Below, in pieces: positions 35,367-46,447 of a stretch of 64,000 nucleotides of DNA. Numbering within the stretch: position 1 is the first letter of the stretch; each line of letters begins with the position of its first letter. Source of the stretch: Gammaproteobacteria bacterium (GTDB taxonomy: Bacteria; Pseudomonadota; Gammaproteobacteria; Ga0077554; Ga007554); NCBI GenBank assembly GCA_023266055.1, contig JAHFRW010000001.1, positions 25,153-89,152 on the forward strand, read 5' to 3'. The notes under the pieces are model-generated. The model ran no database searches, was not told the origin of the DNA, and worked only from the letters and a program-made list of their open reading frames with translations. The position numbers were made by a program, and so were the translations under genes.

Positions 35367-38051
35367 ATGACGCAGGCTGTAAAAACCACTTGCCCTTATT
35401 GTGGTGTGGGTTGCGGTGTCATGGCAACACCCACGGTCGATGGCCGTGTTGAGATTCATGGTGATAAGGATCATCCGGCGAATTATGGTCGTCTCTGTTC
35501 CAAGGGTTCGGCGCTGGCTGAAACCATTGATCTGGATGGCCGCTTGCTGTATCCCGAAATACGGGGTGAGCGTGTCGACTGGAGTGCTGCCCTGACGGTG
35601 GTCGCGGAAGGCTTTTCACGTATTATTCGTGAGCATGGGCCAGAGGCGGTGGCGTTGTATGTGTCCGGCCAACTGCTTACAGAAGATTATTATGTGGCCA
35701 ACAAATTCATGAAGGGATTTGTCGGCACGGCGAATATCGACACCAATTCCCGATTGTGCATGGCCTCAAGTGTGGCCGGGCATAAACGGGCATTTGGTGC
35801 GGACACCGTGCCCGGTAATTACACGGATCTTGAGCAGGCCAATCTGATTGTGCTGGTAGGTTCCAACACGGCCTGGTGCCATCCGGTCATTTTTCAGCGC
35901 ATTGTGCACGCCAGAACACAAAATCCTGACCTTAAAGTGGTTGTCATTGATCCACGTCGTACGCAAACCTGTGATATTGCTGATTTGCATTTGCCGCTCA
36001 AGCCGGGCACCGATACGCTATTGTTTAATGGCTTGCTGGCTTATCTGCATGGCAATGGTGACAGTAACCCGTACTTTATCAATGCGCATACTGAAGGATT
36101 GGATGCGGCGCTTCAGGCCGCCACTTTCAGTGCACCCTCGGTTGAGTCTGTGTCACATTCCTGTGGTTTAAAAGAGGCGGATGTCGAATTATTTTATCGC
36201 TGGTTTTCGTGTACCGAAAAAGTGGTGAGCGCTTATTCACAAGGCGTTAATCAGTCATCCAGCGGCACAGATAAGGTGAACGCCATTATCAATTGTCACT
36301 TGCTGACAGGACGTATCGGCAGACCAGGCATGGGGCCGTTTTCCATTACCGGTCAACCCAATGCCATGGGGGGACGTGAAGTGGGTGGTCTTGCCAATCA
36401 GCTTGCCGCGCACATGGATCTTGAAAACCCCGCGCATCGCACGATTGTGCAGAATTTCTGGAAATCTCCCGTAATCGCAGATAAGGCCGGGCTCAAAGCG
36501 GTTGATATGTTTCAGGCGATAGGTGATGGGCGTATAAAGGCGGTCTGGATTATCGCTACTAATCCAGTTGATAGCCTGCCGGATGCTGATCAGGTGCGCA
36601 AGGCGTTACAGACCTGTGAATTAGTGGTCGTGTCTGATTGTATGCGCAACACGGATACTACGGCGCACGCACACATTTTATTACCAGCGTTGGCATGGGG
36701 TGAAAAAGACGGCACAGTGACTAATTCCGAACGACGCATTTCCCGGCAGAGAGCGTTTCTTGCGCCACCGGGTGAAGCGCAGGCCGACTGGTGGATGGTT
36801 GCTGAAGTGGCCAGGCGCATGGGTTTTGCCGCATCGTTTGAGTATGCGTCTGCGGCACAGATTTTTACCGAGCATGCCGCGTTATCCAGCGTCAATAATA
36901 AAGGTAGCCGTGACTTTGATCTTGGTGGATTGGCCTTGCTGGATAAGGCAGGGTATGACACGCTGTCACCGATACAATGGCCGGTGCCGCAACAGCAACC
37001 GCAGGGTACAGAGCGTTTGTTTGGTGACGGACGTTTTTATACACCTACGGGTAAAGCACGCTTCATTGCAATTACACCGCGCGCCCCCGCGTATGCCACC
37101 GATGTGGAATTTCCCTTTGTTTTAAATACCGGGCGTGTGCGTGATCATTGGCATACCATGACGCGTACCGGAAAATCACCACGTTTATCGGCACATATTA
37201 CCGAGCCGTATGCCGAACTTCATCCCGAGGATGCAGCGCGTGTGGGTGTCAAAGAAGGAGCGCTGGCACGCATTAACAGCCGTTGGGGTGCGATGATCGC
37301 GCGCGTGAAAGTAACGGCAGATCAGTTGCGCGGCAACATCTTTGTGCCGATTCACTGGACGGATCAGTTTGCCAATCGTGGTCGTGTCGATGCGTTGGTG
37401 AATCCCGTGACCGATCCAGTATCAGGCCAACCAGAGTCCAAACATACCCCGGTACACATTCAACCCTATGCGCCGACGTGGCATGGTTTTCTTTTATCAC
37501 AGCGTCGTTTGAATTTTCAGGATCATTTGCAATCCAGAGAAGTGGATTACTGGGTCAGTGCTGCTGGAAAGGATTTCTGGCGCTACGAACTGGCAGGCGA
37601 ACAGGTTCCCGAGAATTGGGCACGCTGGGCGCGTGACTTGTTATGTGCGCCGCATGAGAAGGTGGAGTGGGCAGATTATCTGGACAAAGCGGCCGGCCGT
37701 TACCGTGGTGCGCGTATTGTGAATAACCGCCTGGAAAGTTGTGTGTTTGTGGCGCCAACCTTTGAGTTGCCACCCCGCACCTGGTTGGCAGGGTTATTTG
37801 CCAGGGATGCACTTTCTCCTGAAGAGCGTGCCAGTGTGCTGGCCGGCCGTCCTGGTAAAGGCCAGGCTGATGCAGGCCGTATTGTGTGCGCCTGCTTTGC
37901 GGTGGGGTTGAATACCATTACGGACGCCATACGTAGCCAGCAACTCACCACGCCCGAGGCGATTGGTCAGATATTAAAGGCCGGCACTAACTGTGGTTCG
38001 TGTATTCCTGAGTTGAAAGCGTTGCTTGCAGAGACGTCGCGAGTTACCTGA
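35367..38051 (+). CDS. nasC: Assimilatory nitrate reductase catalytic subunit (bis-MGD molybdoenzyme with a C-terminal BFD-like 2Fe-2S domain)
   Basis: TTCPYCGVGCGV is the N-terminal 4Fe-4S motif and CACFAVG...GTNCGSCIPEL is the C-terminal motif. An alternative GTG start lies at 35349. Confidence 0.95.
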   Translation: MTQAVKTTCPYCGVGCGVMATPTVDGRVEIHGDKDHPANYGRLCSKGSALAETIDLDGRLLYPEIRGERVDWSAALTVVAEGFSRIIREHGPEAVALYVSGQLLTEDYYVANKFMKGFVGTANIDTNSRLCMASSVAGHKRAFGADTVPGNYTDLEQANLIVLVGSNTAWCHPVIFQRIVHARTQNPDLKVVVIDPRRTQTCDIADLHLPLKPGTDTLLFNGLLAYLHGNGDSNPYFINAHTEGLDAALQAATFSAPSVESVSHSCGLKEADVELFYRWFSCTEKVVSAYSQGVNQSSSGTDKVNAIINCHLLTGRIGRPGMGPFSITGQPNAMGGREVGGLANQLAAHMDLENPAHRTIVQNFWKSPVIADKAGLKAVDMFQAIGDGRIKAVWIIATNPVDSLPDADQVRKALQTCELVVVSDCMRNTDTTAHAHILLPALAWGEKDGTVTNSERRISRQRAFLAPPGEAQADWWMVAEVARRMGFAASFEYASAAQIFTEHAALSSVNNKGSRDFDLGGLALLDKAGYDTLSPIQWPVPQQQPQGTERLFGDGRFYTPTGKARFIAITPRAPAYATDVEFPFVLNTGRVRDHWHTMTRTGKSPRLSAHITEPYAELHPEDAARVGVKEGALARINSRWGAMIARVKVTADQLRGNIFVPIHWTDQFANRGRVDALVNPVTDPVSGQPESKHTPVHIQPYAPTWHGFLLSQRRLNFQDHLQSREVDYWVSAAGKDFWRYELAGEQVPENWARWARDLLCAPHEKVEWADYLDKAAGRYRGARIVNNRLESCVFVAPTFELPPRTWLAGLFARDALSPEERASVLAGRPGKGQADAGRIVCACFAVGLNTITDAIRSQQLTTPEAIGQILKAGTNCGSCIPELKALLAETSRVT

Positions 38052-39333
38052 AAACTCCCTTCGCCAACAACGCCGCGCCATAGGCGGCATCTTGTTGTTC
38101 GGTGTTGCATATCGGTACATTAAGCATTTGTTCCCGGATGGCTTTCCATGCGTTGTTACGCGCACCTTTTCCGGCAGTATATATTGAAGCCGGGTAGGGC
38201 GCGCCCAGTTCGGCAAGTCGTTGATAGCCTTGTTTCTCAATACGCGTGATACCCTCCAGCATACCCTGAAAAAACTGTACGTCCTCAACGGGGCGTGGGG
38301 TTAGGCGGGGTGCAAACATGGGGTCGTATACTGGAAAGCGTTCGCCAGGCGCAGGCAGGGGATAATAATCCAGGCCTGTTGCTTGTGCGGGTTGCAGTTG
38401 ACGAGTCATGGCGGTAAGTTGGTCTTGAGTAAAATATTTCAGCAGTACGGCGCCGCCACTGTTTGATGCGCCACCTGCCAGCCACAAATCACCTAAACGA
38501 TGGCTGTATACTCCATAGGTGGGTACGAATATCGGGTGAGGTGAAATGACTTTGATGACCAATGTTGACCCGAGGGATGTTACCGCTTCACCGATAGCAT
38601 GTGCGCCAGTTGCCAGAAAGGCGGCCGTGCTGTCAGTGGTGCCGGTGATGATGCGTGTTTCAGGTGACAGGCCAAACTCCTGTTGAATCTGTGTTGTGAC
38701 AGTGCCGATAGGGGTGCCGGGGGGCAACACCTCCGGTAATAATTTTTTATTGATTCCGATATTGTCCATCCAGGCGGGCCACTCGCGTTTCACGGCATCA
38801 TAACCGAGTTTTAATGCATTATTCTCATCGCTGACCCCGAAGTGGCCACTGAGCTGCCCCATGATCCAATCGGCCTGATGCAGGGCGTGGCGCGCCTGGG
38901 TAAGATCAAATTGCTGATGAAAATGGAGTAATTTGGCAAGCGCAGAGGTCGCGCCATGTGCGCCACTTTCGGGGGGGGCAATGTTTTTGACGTGTCTGGC
39001 TTCCTGCGTACTGCGGGCGTCATGGTACATCAAGGCAGGGTAGAGTGGGTGTCCACGGGCATCGGTGAGCAGCAAGGTGGCCGAGGTGCCATCCACGGCG
39101 ATGGCCCGTATCTGTTGTTTTGTCTCTTCTGCTGGCAGGGAACGCAATAGATCATGCAAGGCATCCTGTACGGCTGACCACCATAGATGTGCATTCTGCT
39201 CTACGGCGTCACCATGACGCAGAGGTGTGGGCAGTGCCCGGCTGCTTTGGGCACGTATTGTGCCGTTATTATCAATGGCAATAATGCGGCAACCTGAGGT
39301 GCCAATATCAATGCCAAGATAAAGCTCAGTCAA
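38044..39333 (-). CDS. FGGY-family carbohydrate kinase
   Basis: [21 protein letters not shown] matches the family. Its stop overlaps the convergent nasC stop by 8 nt. Confidence 0.85.
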   Translation of the reverse strand: MTELYLGIDIGTSGCRIIAIDNNGTIRAQSSRALPTPLRHGDAVEQNAHLWWSAVQDALHDLLRSLPAEETKQQIRAIAVDGTSATLLLTDARGHPLYPALMYHDARSTQEARHVKNIAPPESGAHGATSALAKLLHFHQQFDLTQARHALHQADWIMGQLSGHFGVSDENNALKLGYDAVKREWPAWMDNIGINKKLLPEVLPPGTPIGTVTTQIQQEFGLSPETRIITGTTDSTAAFLATGAHAIGEAVTSLGSTLVIKVISPHPIFVPTYGVYSHRLGDLWLAGGASNSGGAVLLKYFTQDQLTAMTRQLQPAQATGLDYYPLPAPGERFPVYDPMFAPRLTPRPVEDVQFFQGMLEGITRIEKQGYQRLAELGAPYPASIYTAGKGARNNAWKAIREQMLNVPICNTEQQDAAYGAALLAKGVFR

Positions 39334-39719
39334 GGTAGCGTCACAGGTATGGGCGGCACCCAGGCGTTGTTGCGATGCTCGACCACCACATTGGTATAAA
39401 TGCCACCGCGTACATTGAATTTTGCGGTAATGCGCATGAAATGCGGTTCACAGGCACGCACCAGATCGTCAAGAATACGATTCGTCACGGCTTCATGAAA
39501 AGCACCTTCGTTGCGGTACGACCAGATATAGAGTTTCAGTGACTTGAGCTCGACACAGTGCAGATTGGGCACATAGGCGATCTCGATCGTCGCAAAATCG
39601 GGTTGGCCGGTTTTGGGGCACAGGCAAGTAAACTCCGGTACGCTGATATGGATGGTGTAATCGCGGCCTAGTATCGGGTTGTCAAAAATTTCAAGCTGTC
39701 TGGTGGCCTGGGTGGTCAT
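39330..39719 (-). CDS. queF: NADPH-dependent 7-cyano-7-deazaguanine (preQ0) reductase
   Basis: [23 protein letters not shown] is the QueF motif with the catalytic Cys. Confidence 0.93.
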   Translation of the reverse strand: MTTQATRQLEIFDNPILGRDYTIHISVPEFTCLCPKTGQPDFATIEIAYVPNLHCVELKSLKLYIWSYRNEGAFHEAVTNRILDDLVRACEPHFMRITAKFNVRGGIYTNVVVEHRNNAWVPPIPVTLP

Positions 39720-39745
39720 AAGGGTTCCAATCGATATTTTTGAGT

Positions 39746-40624
39746 TTAATGTTTGATGGTGGGTGCAGCGATGTCAGAGAACTCACCGAAGGTGGCAAAG
39801 ATTACTTCGGCGTCAATGGGGTCGATTTCATAATGTTTGCCACAAAATTCGCAATCCACGCTCACGGCACCCTGTTCACGCAGGATGCCGTGTACTTCGT
39901 CATGGCCGAGCATGCGCAACACACCCGCTACGCGTTCGTGCGAACATGAGCAACGGAAGCTGACTGGCTCGCTGTCAAACAGGCGCACATTTTCTTCGTG
40001 ATACAAACGATAGATAATTTCGGGTGCGGTCAGTGCCAGCAGCTCATGTTGTGTAATGGTCGCGCCTAAATGTACAGCATGTGGCCAGACATCCTCATCG
40101 CTCTCGTTGGGCAGGCGTTGCAGTAACATTCCTGCGGCGTGGTGTGCATTGGCTGCCAGCCACAAGCGGGTATCCAGTTGTTCAGAATGAATCAGATAAT
40201 GTTGCAGCACTTCGGCAATGGTGTTGCCCTCCAGGCTGACGATGCCCTGGTAGCGTTCCTTGCCATGTTTGGGGTCAATGGTGATGACCAGTTTGCCATC
40301 CCCCAGTAGCTCCGTCAGAGAGGCAGGCTGCACGTCCTTGTCCCACTGCGCGAGTGCGCGCAAGGTACGTTCGCTGGTACATTCCACCACCAGTAGTCTG
40401 ACGGGCCCGTTACCCTGAATCTGCATAATCATCGAGCCATCAAATTTGAGAGTGGCTGACAGCAAGGCCGCCGCTACCATCATTTCACCCAGCAGATCAC
40501 GCAGGGGGGGAGGGTAGTTGCGGCGTTCCAGCACGGCGCGCCAGGTGGCATCAAGCTGCACTATCTCGCCCCGGATGGGCGCTTCTTCAAAAATAAAGCG
40601 TTGTAGGGTATCGCTGGACGGCAT
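39746..40624 (-). CDS. hslO: Redox-regulated chaperone Hsp33
   Basis: The C-terminal zinc centre is CSCSHERV...CEFCGKHYE. Confidence 0.93.
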   Translation of the reverse strand: MPSSDTLQRFIFEEAPIRGEIVQLDATWRAVLERRNYPPPLRDLLGEMMVAAALLSATLKFDGSMIMQIQGNGPVRLLVVECTSERTLRALAQWDKDVQPASLTELLGDGKLVITIDPKHGKERYQGIVSLEGNTIAEVLQHYLIHSEQLDTRLWLAANAHHAAGMLLQRLPNESDEDVWPHAVHLGATITQHELLALTAPEIIYRLYHEENVRLFDSEPVSFRCSCSHERVAGVLRMLGHDEVHGILREQGAVSVDCEFCGKHYEIDPIDAEVIFATFGEFSDIAAPTIKH

Positions 40625-40809
40625 GACAACCTTTGTTATAATGAATTTGTCAAATTTTTCATTTTAACATAAATATACCGGGGCGTGTCGTGCCAGAGTC
40701 CCGGGCGGCGCTGTCGGGAATGTTTGGGCTTATTGGCCAGTCCGGTGTTTTTGCCCTTGACCGCAAGGGTACCCTGCAAGTACTATACCCGTCCACCGTT
40801 TATCGTTAT

Positions 40810-40885
<76 letters not shown>

Positions 40886-41092
40886 TTTTTGATAATACCT
40901 GCCACCATGCCTGCCAGGGGCCTGCCATAATCTCATGGCGTTTCCCCAGGTGTTGGGTAATCCCCTGCACAAGACTGCCCGTCACCCTGTATCGCTAATA
41001 CTTGCCGCCTTGCGGTAACGGCTTGCCGTTTTTTCTTTATCCTCCCCACTGTGTTTAACGTAACTATATGTTAAATATTATCTTTTATTTTG

Positions 41093-41108
41093 TGGCATGA
41101 ATGATGCA
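41093..41108 (+). promoter_or_regulatory. Sigma-54 promoter upstream of flgB
   Basis: TGGCAT-gaatg-ATGCA has the correct GG-N10-GC spacing and lies 45 nt upstream of ATG 41153. Confidence 0.6.
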
Positions 41109-41152
41109 TTTTGCTTGTGCGTGATGTTCTATTGCAAGTGAAGGATGTATTC

Positions 41153-41560
41153 ATGCCATTCAATATTGACTCAGTATTTGGAATTTATCCACAAGCACTT
41201 ACGCTGCGTGCTCACCGGGCAGAAATTCTGGCGGCGAATATGGCTAATGCAGATACCCCCAATTACAAGGCGCAGGATGTTGATTTCAAGGCAGCACTTA
41301 AAAACAGTATGAGTGCTGTGCAGGATAGCTCAAATAGTTTAAAGCGTACCCAGACAGGACATATCGGTATTGATACTGATATGGAGGCAATGGGGTTGGT
41401 GATGTATCGGGTGCCTAATCAGTCATCTCTGGACGGTAATACCGTTAACACTGAAACAGAGCAGGCCGAATTTACGCGTAACGCGATTCAGTATCAGGCC
41501 ACTCTCACATTTCTGAATGGTCGCATCAGAACCATGATGACCGCTATCAGGGGAGATTAA
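41153..41560 (+). CDS. flgB: Flagellar basal-body rod protein FlgB
   Basis: LAANMANADTPNYKAQDVDF...DGNTVNTETEQAEFTRNAIQYQATL matches FlgB. Confidence 0.93.
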   Translation: MPFNIDSVFGIYPQALTLRAHRAEILAANMANADTPNYKAQDVDFKAALKNSMSAVQDSSNSLKRTQTGHIGIDTDMEAMGLVMYRVPNQSSLDGNTVNTETEQAEFTRNAIQYQATLTFLNGRIRTMMTAIRGD

Positions 41561-41563
41561 GTC

Positions 41564-41977
41564 ATGGCGTCATTTAATATTTTCGATATCGCGGGTTCAG
41601 GGATGAGCGCGCAATCATTGCGTCTCAACATTACCGCAAGCAATCTGGCAAATGCCGAGAGTATCAGCGGTAGTGCCGCGGATGTATATCGGCCACGCGA
41701 GCCGGTTTTTGCCGCGTTACTGGATCGTGAAACTGGTAATGGGTCTGCTGCACGCGTTCAGGTGTTGGGTGTTACCGAGAGTAATCTGGAGCCGCAGATG
41801 CGCTATGAACCGGGTCATCCCCTGGCAGATGAAAAGGGTTATATCTATGCGCCCAATGTGAACGTGGTGGAACAAATGGCGAATATGATTTCAGCGTCAC
41901 GTTCTTATCAGAATAATGTTGAGATATTGAATACCGCGAAACAACTGATGTTGGCCACTTTGAGAATGGGACAGTAA
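41564..41977 (+). CDS. flgC: Flagellar basal-body rod protein FlgC
   Basis: FDIAGSGMSAQSLRLNITASNLANAES...APNVNVVEQMANMI matches FlgC. Confidence 0.95.
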   Translation: MASFNIFDIAGSGMSAQSLRLNITASNLANAESISGSAADVYRPREPVFAALLDRETGNGSAARVQVLGVTESNLEPQMRYEPGHPLADEKGYIYAPNVNVVEQMANMISASRSYQNNVEILNTAKQLMLATLRMGQ

Positions 41978-41999
41978 CAGGCAGGACTGGAGAAAAAAC

Positions 42000-42683
42000 A
42001 TGGCGAATAATATTGATGCAAGCATTTTGGCGAAATTGGGCATTTCAAATGAAAATACTACACAGGCTGCAGCGTCGTCTAAAGACAAGCTGGGCCAAAA
42101 GGATTTTTTGAAACTGATGGTCGCCCAGCTTAAAAATCAGGATCCAATGAAGCCCATGGAGAATGGCGATTTTCTGGGTCAAATGGCGCAATTCAGCTCC
42201 GTGACAGGGCTTCAGGATTTGCAGGCGTCGTTTAATCAGTTAGCCGGGGTTATGCAATCCAGCCAGGCATTACAAGCTTCGGCGTTGGTAGGACGGTCGG
42301 TACTCATGCCGAGTAACGCGGCAGTTTTATCAGCAGGTCAACCGGTGTTGGGCGCGGTTGATGTGCCTGCCAGTACATCAGATGTAACATTGACTGTCAC
42401 TGATCAAACGGGACAAATGGTTCGCGTCATGAATATGGGTCAACAGGCCGGGGGTTTGGCGCGTTTTGAATGGGACGGAAAAACAGACGCAGGGGATATG
42501 ATGGTGCCAGGAAGATACAAAATAACGGCCAGCGCCGTTATTGATGGAAAAATACAGGCGGTTGACACATTGGTGGCCGCCAGAGTCGAAAGTGTCACGC
42601 TGGGTCGTGGTGGCCGGGAATCAACACTCAGTCTTGCAGGACTGGGTTCTTTAGAGATGTCAAAAATTCGTCAAATTATGTGA
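42000..42683 (+). CDS. flgD: Flagellar hook assembly protein FlgD
   Basis: FLKLMVAQLKNQDPMKPMENGDFLGQMAQFSSVTGL matches FlgD. Confidence 0.93.
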   Translation: MANNIDASILAKLGISNENTTQAAASSKDKLGQKDFLKLMVAQLKNQDPMKPMENGDFLGQMAQFSSVTGLQDLQASFNQLAGVMQSSQALQASALVGRSVLMPSNAAVLSAGQPVLGAVDVPASTSDVTLTVTDQTGQMVRVMNMGQQAGGLARFEWDGKTDAGDMMVPGRYKITASAVIDGKIQAVDTLVAARVESVTLGRGGRESTLSLAGLGSLEMSKIRQIM

Positions 42684-42708
42684 TTTTATTTTTTAGAGGA
42701 GCATAGAA

Positions 42709-43986
42709 ATGCCATTCCGTATAGCTTTAAGTGGTATTAACGCAGCTGCAGCAGAATTGCGAACCATTGGTAATAATGTCGCCAATGCCACGACCACTGG
42801 ATTCAAGAAATCACGCGTCGAGTTCGGTGACGTATATGCAACCAGCGCTTTGGGGGTTTCCCAGAATGCGATTGGTAGCGGCGTGCGTGTGACTTCCGTG
42901 GCGCAACAATTCAGTCAGGGTAATATCGGATTCACGAATAATAATCTTGATCTGGCAATTAATGGACAAGGTTTTTTTGTGTTGAATGATGGGGGGGTTC
43001 CGGCGTTTACCCGTGCAGGTGCTTTCCAGGCAGATAGAAATGGATATATTGTTAACAGTGAAAACCAACGTCTGACCGCCTATCTGGCCGATCCAACCGG
43101 TAATATCACGGGTGCACGAGGTGACTTGCAGCTAAGCACGGCGGATATTTCACCGCAGGCGACGACCACTATTGATGTTTCTGCAAATTTGAGTGCCAAT
43201 GCTACAACGTCTGCACCTTATCCTGCATTACCGGTGTTTGATAGAACCGACCCTACCAGTTATAACAATTCAACTGCATTGACAGTCTATGATTCACTGG
43301 GTAACCCGTTGCTGGGTACGATGTATTATCGCAAGACCACCAACGCCAATGAATGGGAAACGCATTTATGGGTTTCCAACACTACAGGGGCACCTGTTGA
43401 AGTGATTCCTGCCGGGAATGTGGCGGGTCAGCCTGCACGGTTGAATTTTTCCAGTGCAGGCGTGATCACATCCGTTACGCCATCAGTGGGTGGTACACGA
43501 AGGGTTGATTATGGTGCTGTTAATCCTCTTACAGGTGCGGCAAATATGTTATTTGATGTTAACTATACTTCAGTATCGCAATTCGGCAGTCCATTTAGTG
43601 TTAATGCATTGACTCAGGATGGTTATGCCACAGGCCGTCTTAGCGGCATAGATATTAACGAAACCGGCATTGTACAGTCTCGCTATACCAATGGTCAGTC
43701 ACGTGCATTGGGACAGGTCGCAATGGCAAATTTCAGTAACAGTCAGGGACTGCGTCAATTGGGCGCAACGGCGTGGGCTGAAACCTATAATTCTGGTGCG
43801 GCGCTGATAGGACAGCCGGGGGCGGGAAGTTTGGGGCTGGTTCAATCAGGTGCTCTGGAAGGTTCGAATGTTGATCTGACGGAACAGCTGGTACAAATGA
43901 TTACCGCCCAGCGTAGTTTCCAGGCGAATGCGCAGGTGATTACCACGGCTGATGCCGTCACACAAACTATCATTAATATCCGTTAA
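42709..43986 (+). CDS. flgE: Flagellar hook protein FlgE
   Basis: IALSGINAAAAELRTIGNNVANATTTGFKKSR...SNVDLTEQLVQMITAQRSFQANAQVI matches FlgE. Confidence 0.95.
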   Translation: MPFRIALSGINAAAAELRTIGNNVANATTTGFKKSRVEFGDVYATSALGVSQNAIGSGVRVTSVAQQFSQGNIGFTNNNLDLAINGQGFFVLNDGGVPAFTRAGAFQADRNGYIVNSENQRLTAYLADPTGNITGARGDLQLSTADISPQATTTIDVSANLSANATTSAPYPALPVFDRTDPTSYNNSTALTVYDSLGNPLLGTMYYRKTTNANEWETHLWVSNTTGAPVEVIPAGNVAGQPARLNFSSAGVITSVTPSVGGTRRVDYGAVNPLTGAANMLFDVNYTSVSQFGSPFSVNALTQDGYATGRLSGIDINETGIVQSRYTNGQSRALGQVAMANFSNSQGLRQLGATAWAETYNSGAALIGQPGAGSLGLVQSGALEGSNVDLTEQLVQMITAQRSFQANAQVITTADAVTQTIINIR

Positions 43987-44013
43987 AGGTTCCAGTTGCA
44001 GGTGGGGTAGTGT

Positions 44014-44754
44014 ATGGATCGCATGTTGTATGTGGCAATGTCGGGTGCCAAGCAGATTATGTTGGCACAGGCAGTTAATAACAATAACCTGGCAAATGTT
44101 AATACTTCGGGATTTCGTGCTGATCTCGATGCATTCCGCAGTATGCCGGTATATGGCCCGGGTTATCCCAGCCGTGTTTACACTGCAACGGAGAGACCGG
44201 GCACGGATGTATCATCTGGTGCGCTCACCACGACGGGACGTGAACTGGATGTAGCAGTGAATGGTACGGGATGGATGACGGTGCAGGCACCTGATGGCAG
44301 TGAAGCCTACACCCGTGCGGGTGATTTTCGGGTTTCGGTCAATGGCCAGCTGGAAACGGGTGCGGGGCATCCTGTTATGGGTAATGGTGGACCGATTGCA
44401 ATTCCACCCTTTGATAAAATTGAGATAGGTGCGGATGGAACGATTTCAATCTTGCCCGTGGGTCAGTCTCCCAATGCATTGGCAGTAGTCGATAGAATCA
44501 AGTTAGTGAATCCTCCATCACGTGATATGGAAAAAGGTGTAGATGGTTTAATGCGCGTCAAGGGCCAACAGGATGCACCGTCAGATGCTTCGGTAAACCT
44601 GGCAAACGGTGTGCTGGAATCCAGTAATGTGAATGCTGTTGCAGCAATGGTGAAAATGATAGAGCTCAGTCGGCATTACGAAACACAAATTAAAATGATG
44701 CGGGTTGCACAGGATAATGACGTGGCAGCGACACAAATGATGAAAATGGGTTAG
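44014..44754 (+). CDS. flgF: Flagellar basal-body rod protein FlgF
   Basis: [38 protein letters not shown] matches FlgF. Confidence 0.93.
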   Translation: MDRMLYVAMSGAKQIMLAQAVNNNNLANVNTSGFRADLDAFRSMPVYGPGYPSRVYTATERPGTDVSSGALTTTGRELDVAVNGTGWMTVQAPDGSEAYTRAGDFRVSVNGQLETGAGHPVMGNGGPIAIPPFDKIEIGADGTISILPVGQSPNALAVVDRIKLVNPPSRDMEKGVDGLMRVKGQQDAPSDASVNLANGVLESSNVNAVAAMVKMIELSRHYETQIKMMRVAQDNDVAATQMMKMG

Positions 44755-44802
44755 TAGTAGAGCATTAGTAAACAACAAAATTAACAGCAGAGGGATACCG
44801 AT

Positions 44803-45588
44803 ATGAACCCAGCCTTATGGATTGCCAAAACCGGATTGGATGCACAGCAAACCCGTATGGCGGTCATTTCAAATAATCTGGCCAATGTAAACACCACCGG
44901 GTTCAAACAGGGCAGAGCAGTATTTGAAGATTTGTTTTATCAGAATGTTCGACAGGTAGGATCGCAAACATCCCAGGATACGGTTCATCCATCCGGTTTA
45001 ATGCTCGGAACGGGTGTGCGCACGGTGGCAACCGAAAAATTATTTACCCAGGGTAATGTGGTGCAAACGGGTAATACACTGGATGTGGCGATTCAGGGGC
45101 GAGGATTTTTTCAGGTGTTGTTGCCGGATGGTAGCCTGGCTTACAGCCGTGATGGTTCTTTTCAGGTCAATTCACAGGGGCAAGTGGTTACTGCCAATGG
45201 TTATGCGGTACAGCCCGCTATCAGTATTCCTGACAGTGCGCAAAGTATCAGTATCGGCAGTGATGGCACGATAGGCGTGACCTTGCCGGGTTCTCCCACC
45301 CCCACCCAGGTAGGTGCATTACAACTCGCAGATTTTATTAATCCGGTAGGGTTGCAGCCGATGGGCCAGAACCTTTATCTGGAATCTGCAGCCAGTGGAT
45401 CTCCCCAGGCGGGTAATCCTGGCACCTCCGGATTAGGAACCCTGGCACAGGGCTCGGTAGAAAGCTCCAACGTTAATATTGTTGCGGAACTGGTAAACAT
45501 GATTGAAGCCCAGCGTGCCTATGAAATGAATTCCAAGGCAATTGCAGCGGCCGATCAAATGCTGAAGTATGTGACCAATAATTTATAA
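44803..45588 (+). CDS. flgG: Flagellar distal rod protein FlgG
   Basis: [41 protein letters not shown]...[24 protein letters not shown] matches FlgG. Confidence 0.96.
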   Translation: MNPALWIAKTGLDAQQTRMAVISNNLANVNTTGFKQGRAVFEDLFYQNVRQVGSQTSQDTVHPSGLMLGTGVRTVATEKLFTQGNVVQTGNTLDVAIQGRGFFQVLLPDGSLAYSRDGSFQVNSQGQVVTANGYAVQPAISIPDSAQSISIGSDGTIGVTLPGSPTPTQVGALQLADFINPVGLQPMGQNLYLESAASGSPQAGNPGTSGLGTLAQGSVESSNVNIVAELVNMIEAQRAYEMNSKAIAAADQMLKYVTNNL

Positions 45589-45596
45589 TCATGCTC

Positions 45597-45612
45597 TGGC
45601 ATATATCTTGCA
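45597..45612 (+). promoter_or_regulatory. Sigma-54 promoter between flgG and flgH
   Basis: TGGCAT-atatc-TTGCA lies in the 77-nt flgG-flgH gap, 54 nt upstream of ATG 45666. Confidence 0.65.
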
Positions 45613-45665
45613 TTTTGAACAGACGTAAGGTTTCTGGTCAGATTAATATTTTGGAGAGTGATTGA

Positions 45666-46388
45666 ATGGCCGCCATAAAGATACCAGCCAATATAAGAGT
45701 GGCTTTAATGGTGACACTGCTGATGTTGTCTGGCTGTACCACTACCCCCATGAAAAGCGATCCCGCCTTTGCACCTACCCGTCCTGTGTCACCTCCTCCC
45801 TCCATGAGGAGTCAGGGTGCAATCTATCAAGCGGGTTATGGTATGACCTTGTTTGAGGATATCAAGGCGCGTCGTGTCGGCGATATTCTGACGGTAGTCT
45901 TGATGGAAAAGACAGATGCCAGCAAAAAGGCAGGGACCTCATCCAAGAAAAAGACAGGGGTAGATATTGCCGCCCCGGTAATTTTTGGTTCTCCTGTGCA
46001 GTTTAATGCCTCGGGACTGATCCCGTTGGCAAATAATAACGGCAACAACCTGAGTGCGGGCATAAATTCAAATCAGAATTTTTCAGGTGAGGGTGATAGT
46101 AGTCAAAGCAACAGTTTGAGTGGTCGTATTACGGTCACTATTGCTGAGGTCTTACCCAATGGAAACATGCTGGTGCGTGGTGAAAAAATGCTGGCCATTA
46201 ATCAGGGTAACGAATATGTGAGATTTTCAGGCATTGTACGTCCACTTGATGTACAACGTGATAATACCGTGCTTTCAACATTGGTCGCAGACGCGAAAAT
46301 CAGTTATGCCGGTGAAGGCGCAGTTGCCGATGCCAATACTTCGGGCTGGGTAGCACGTTTCTTTAATAGCGCGTGGTGGCCTTTCTAG
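45666..46388 (+). CDS. flgH: Flagellar L-ring lipoprotein FlgH
   Basis: The lipobox is LLMLSGC and the FlgH motif is ARRVGDILTVVLMEKTDASK. Confidence 0.94.
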   Translation: MAAIKIPANIRVALMVTLLMLSGCTTTPMKSDPAFAPTRPVSPPPSMRSQGAIYQAGYGMTLFEDIKARRVGDILTVVLMEKTDASKKAGTSSKKKTGVDIAAPVIFGSPVQFNASGLIPLANNNGNNLSAGINSNQNFSGEGDSSQSNSLSGRITVTIAEVLPNGNMLVRGEKMLAINQGNEYVRFSGIVRPLDVQRDNTVLSTLVADAKISYAGEGAVADANTSGWVARFFNSAWWPF

Positions 46389-46447
46389 GGTATGGAGACC
46401 CATAGCCCTAAATTGATCTACATCTATACGCAGAACGAGATAATAAA

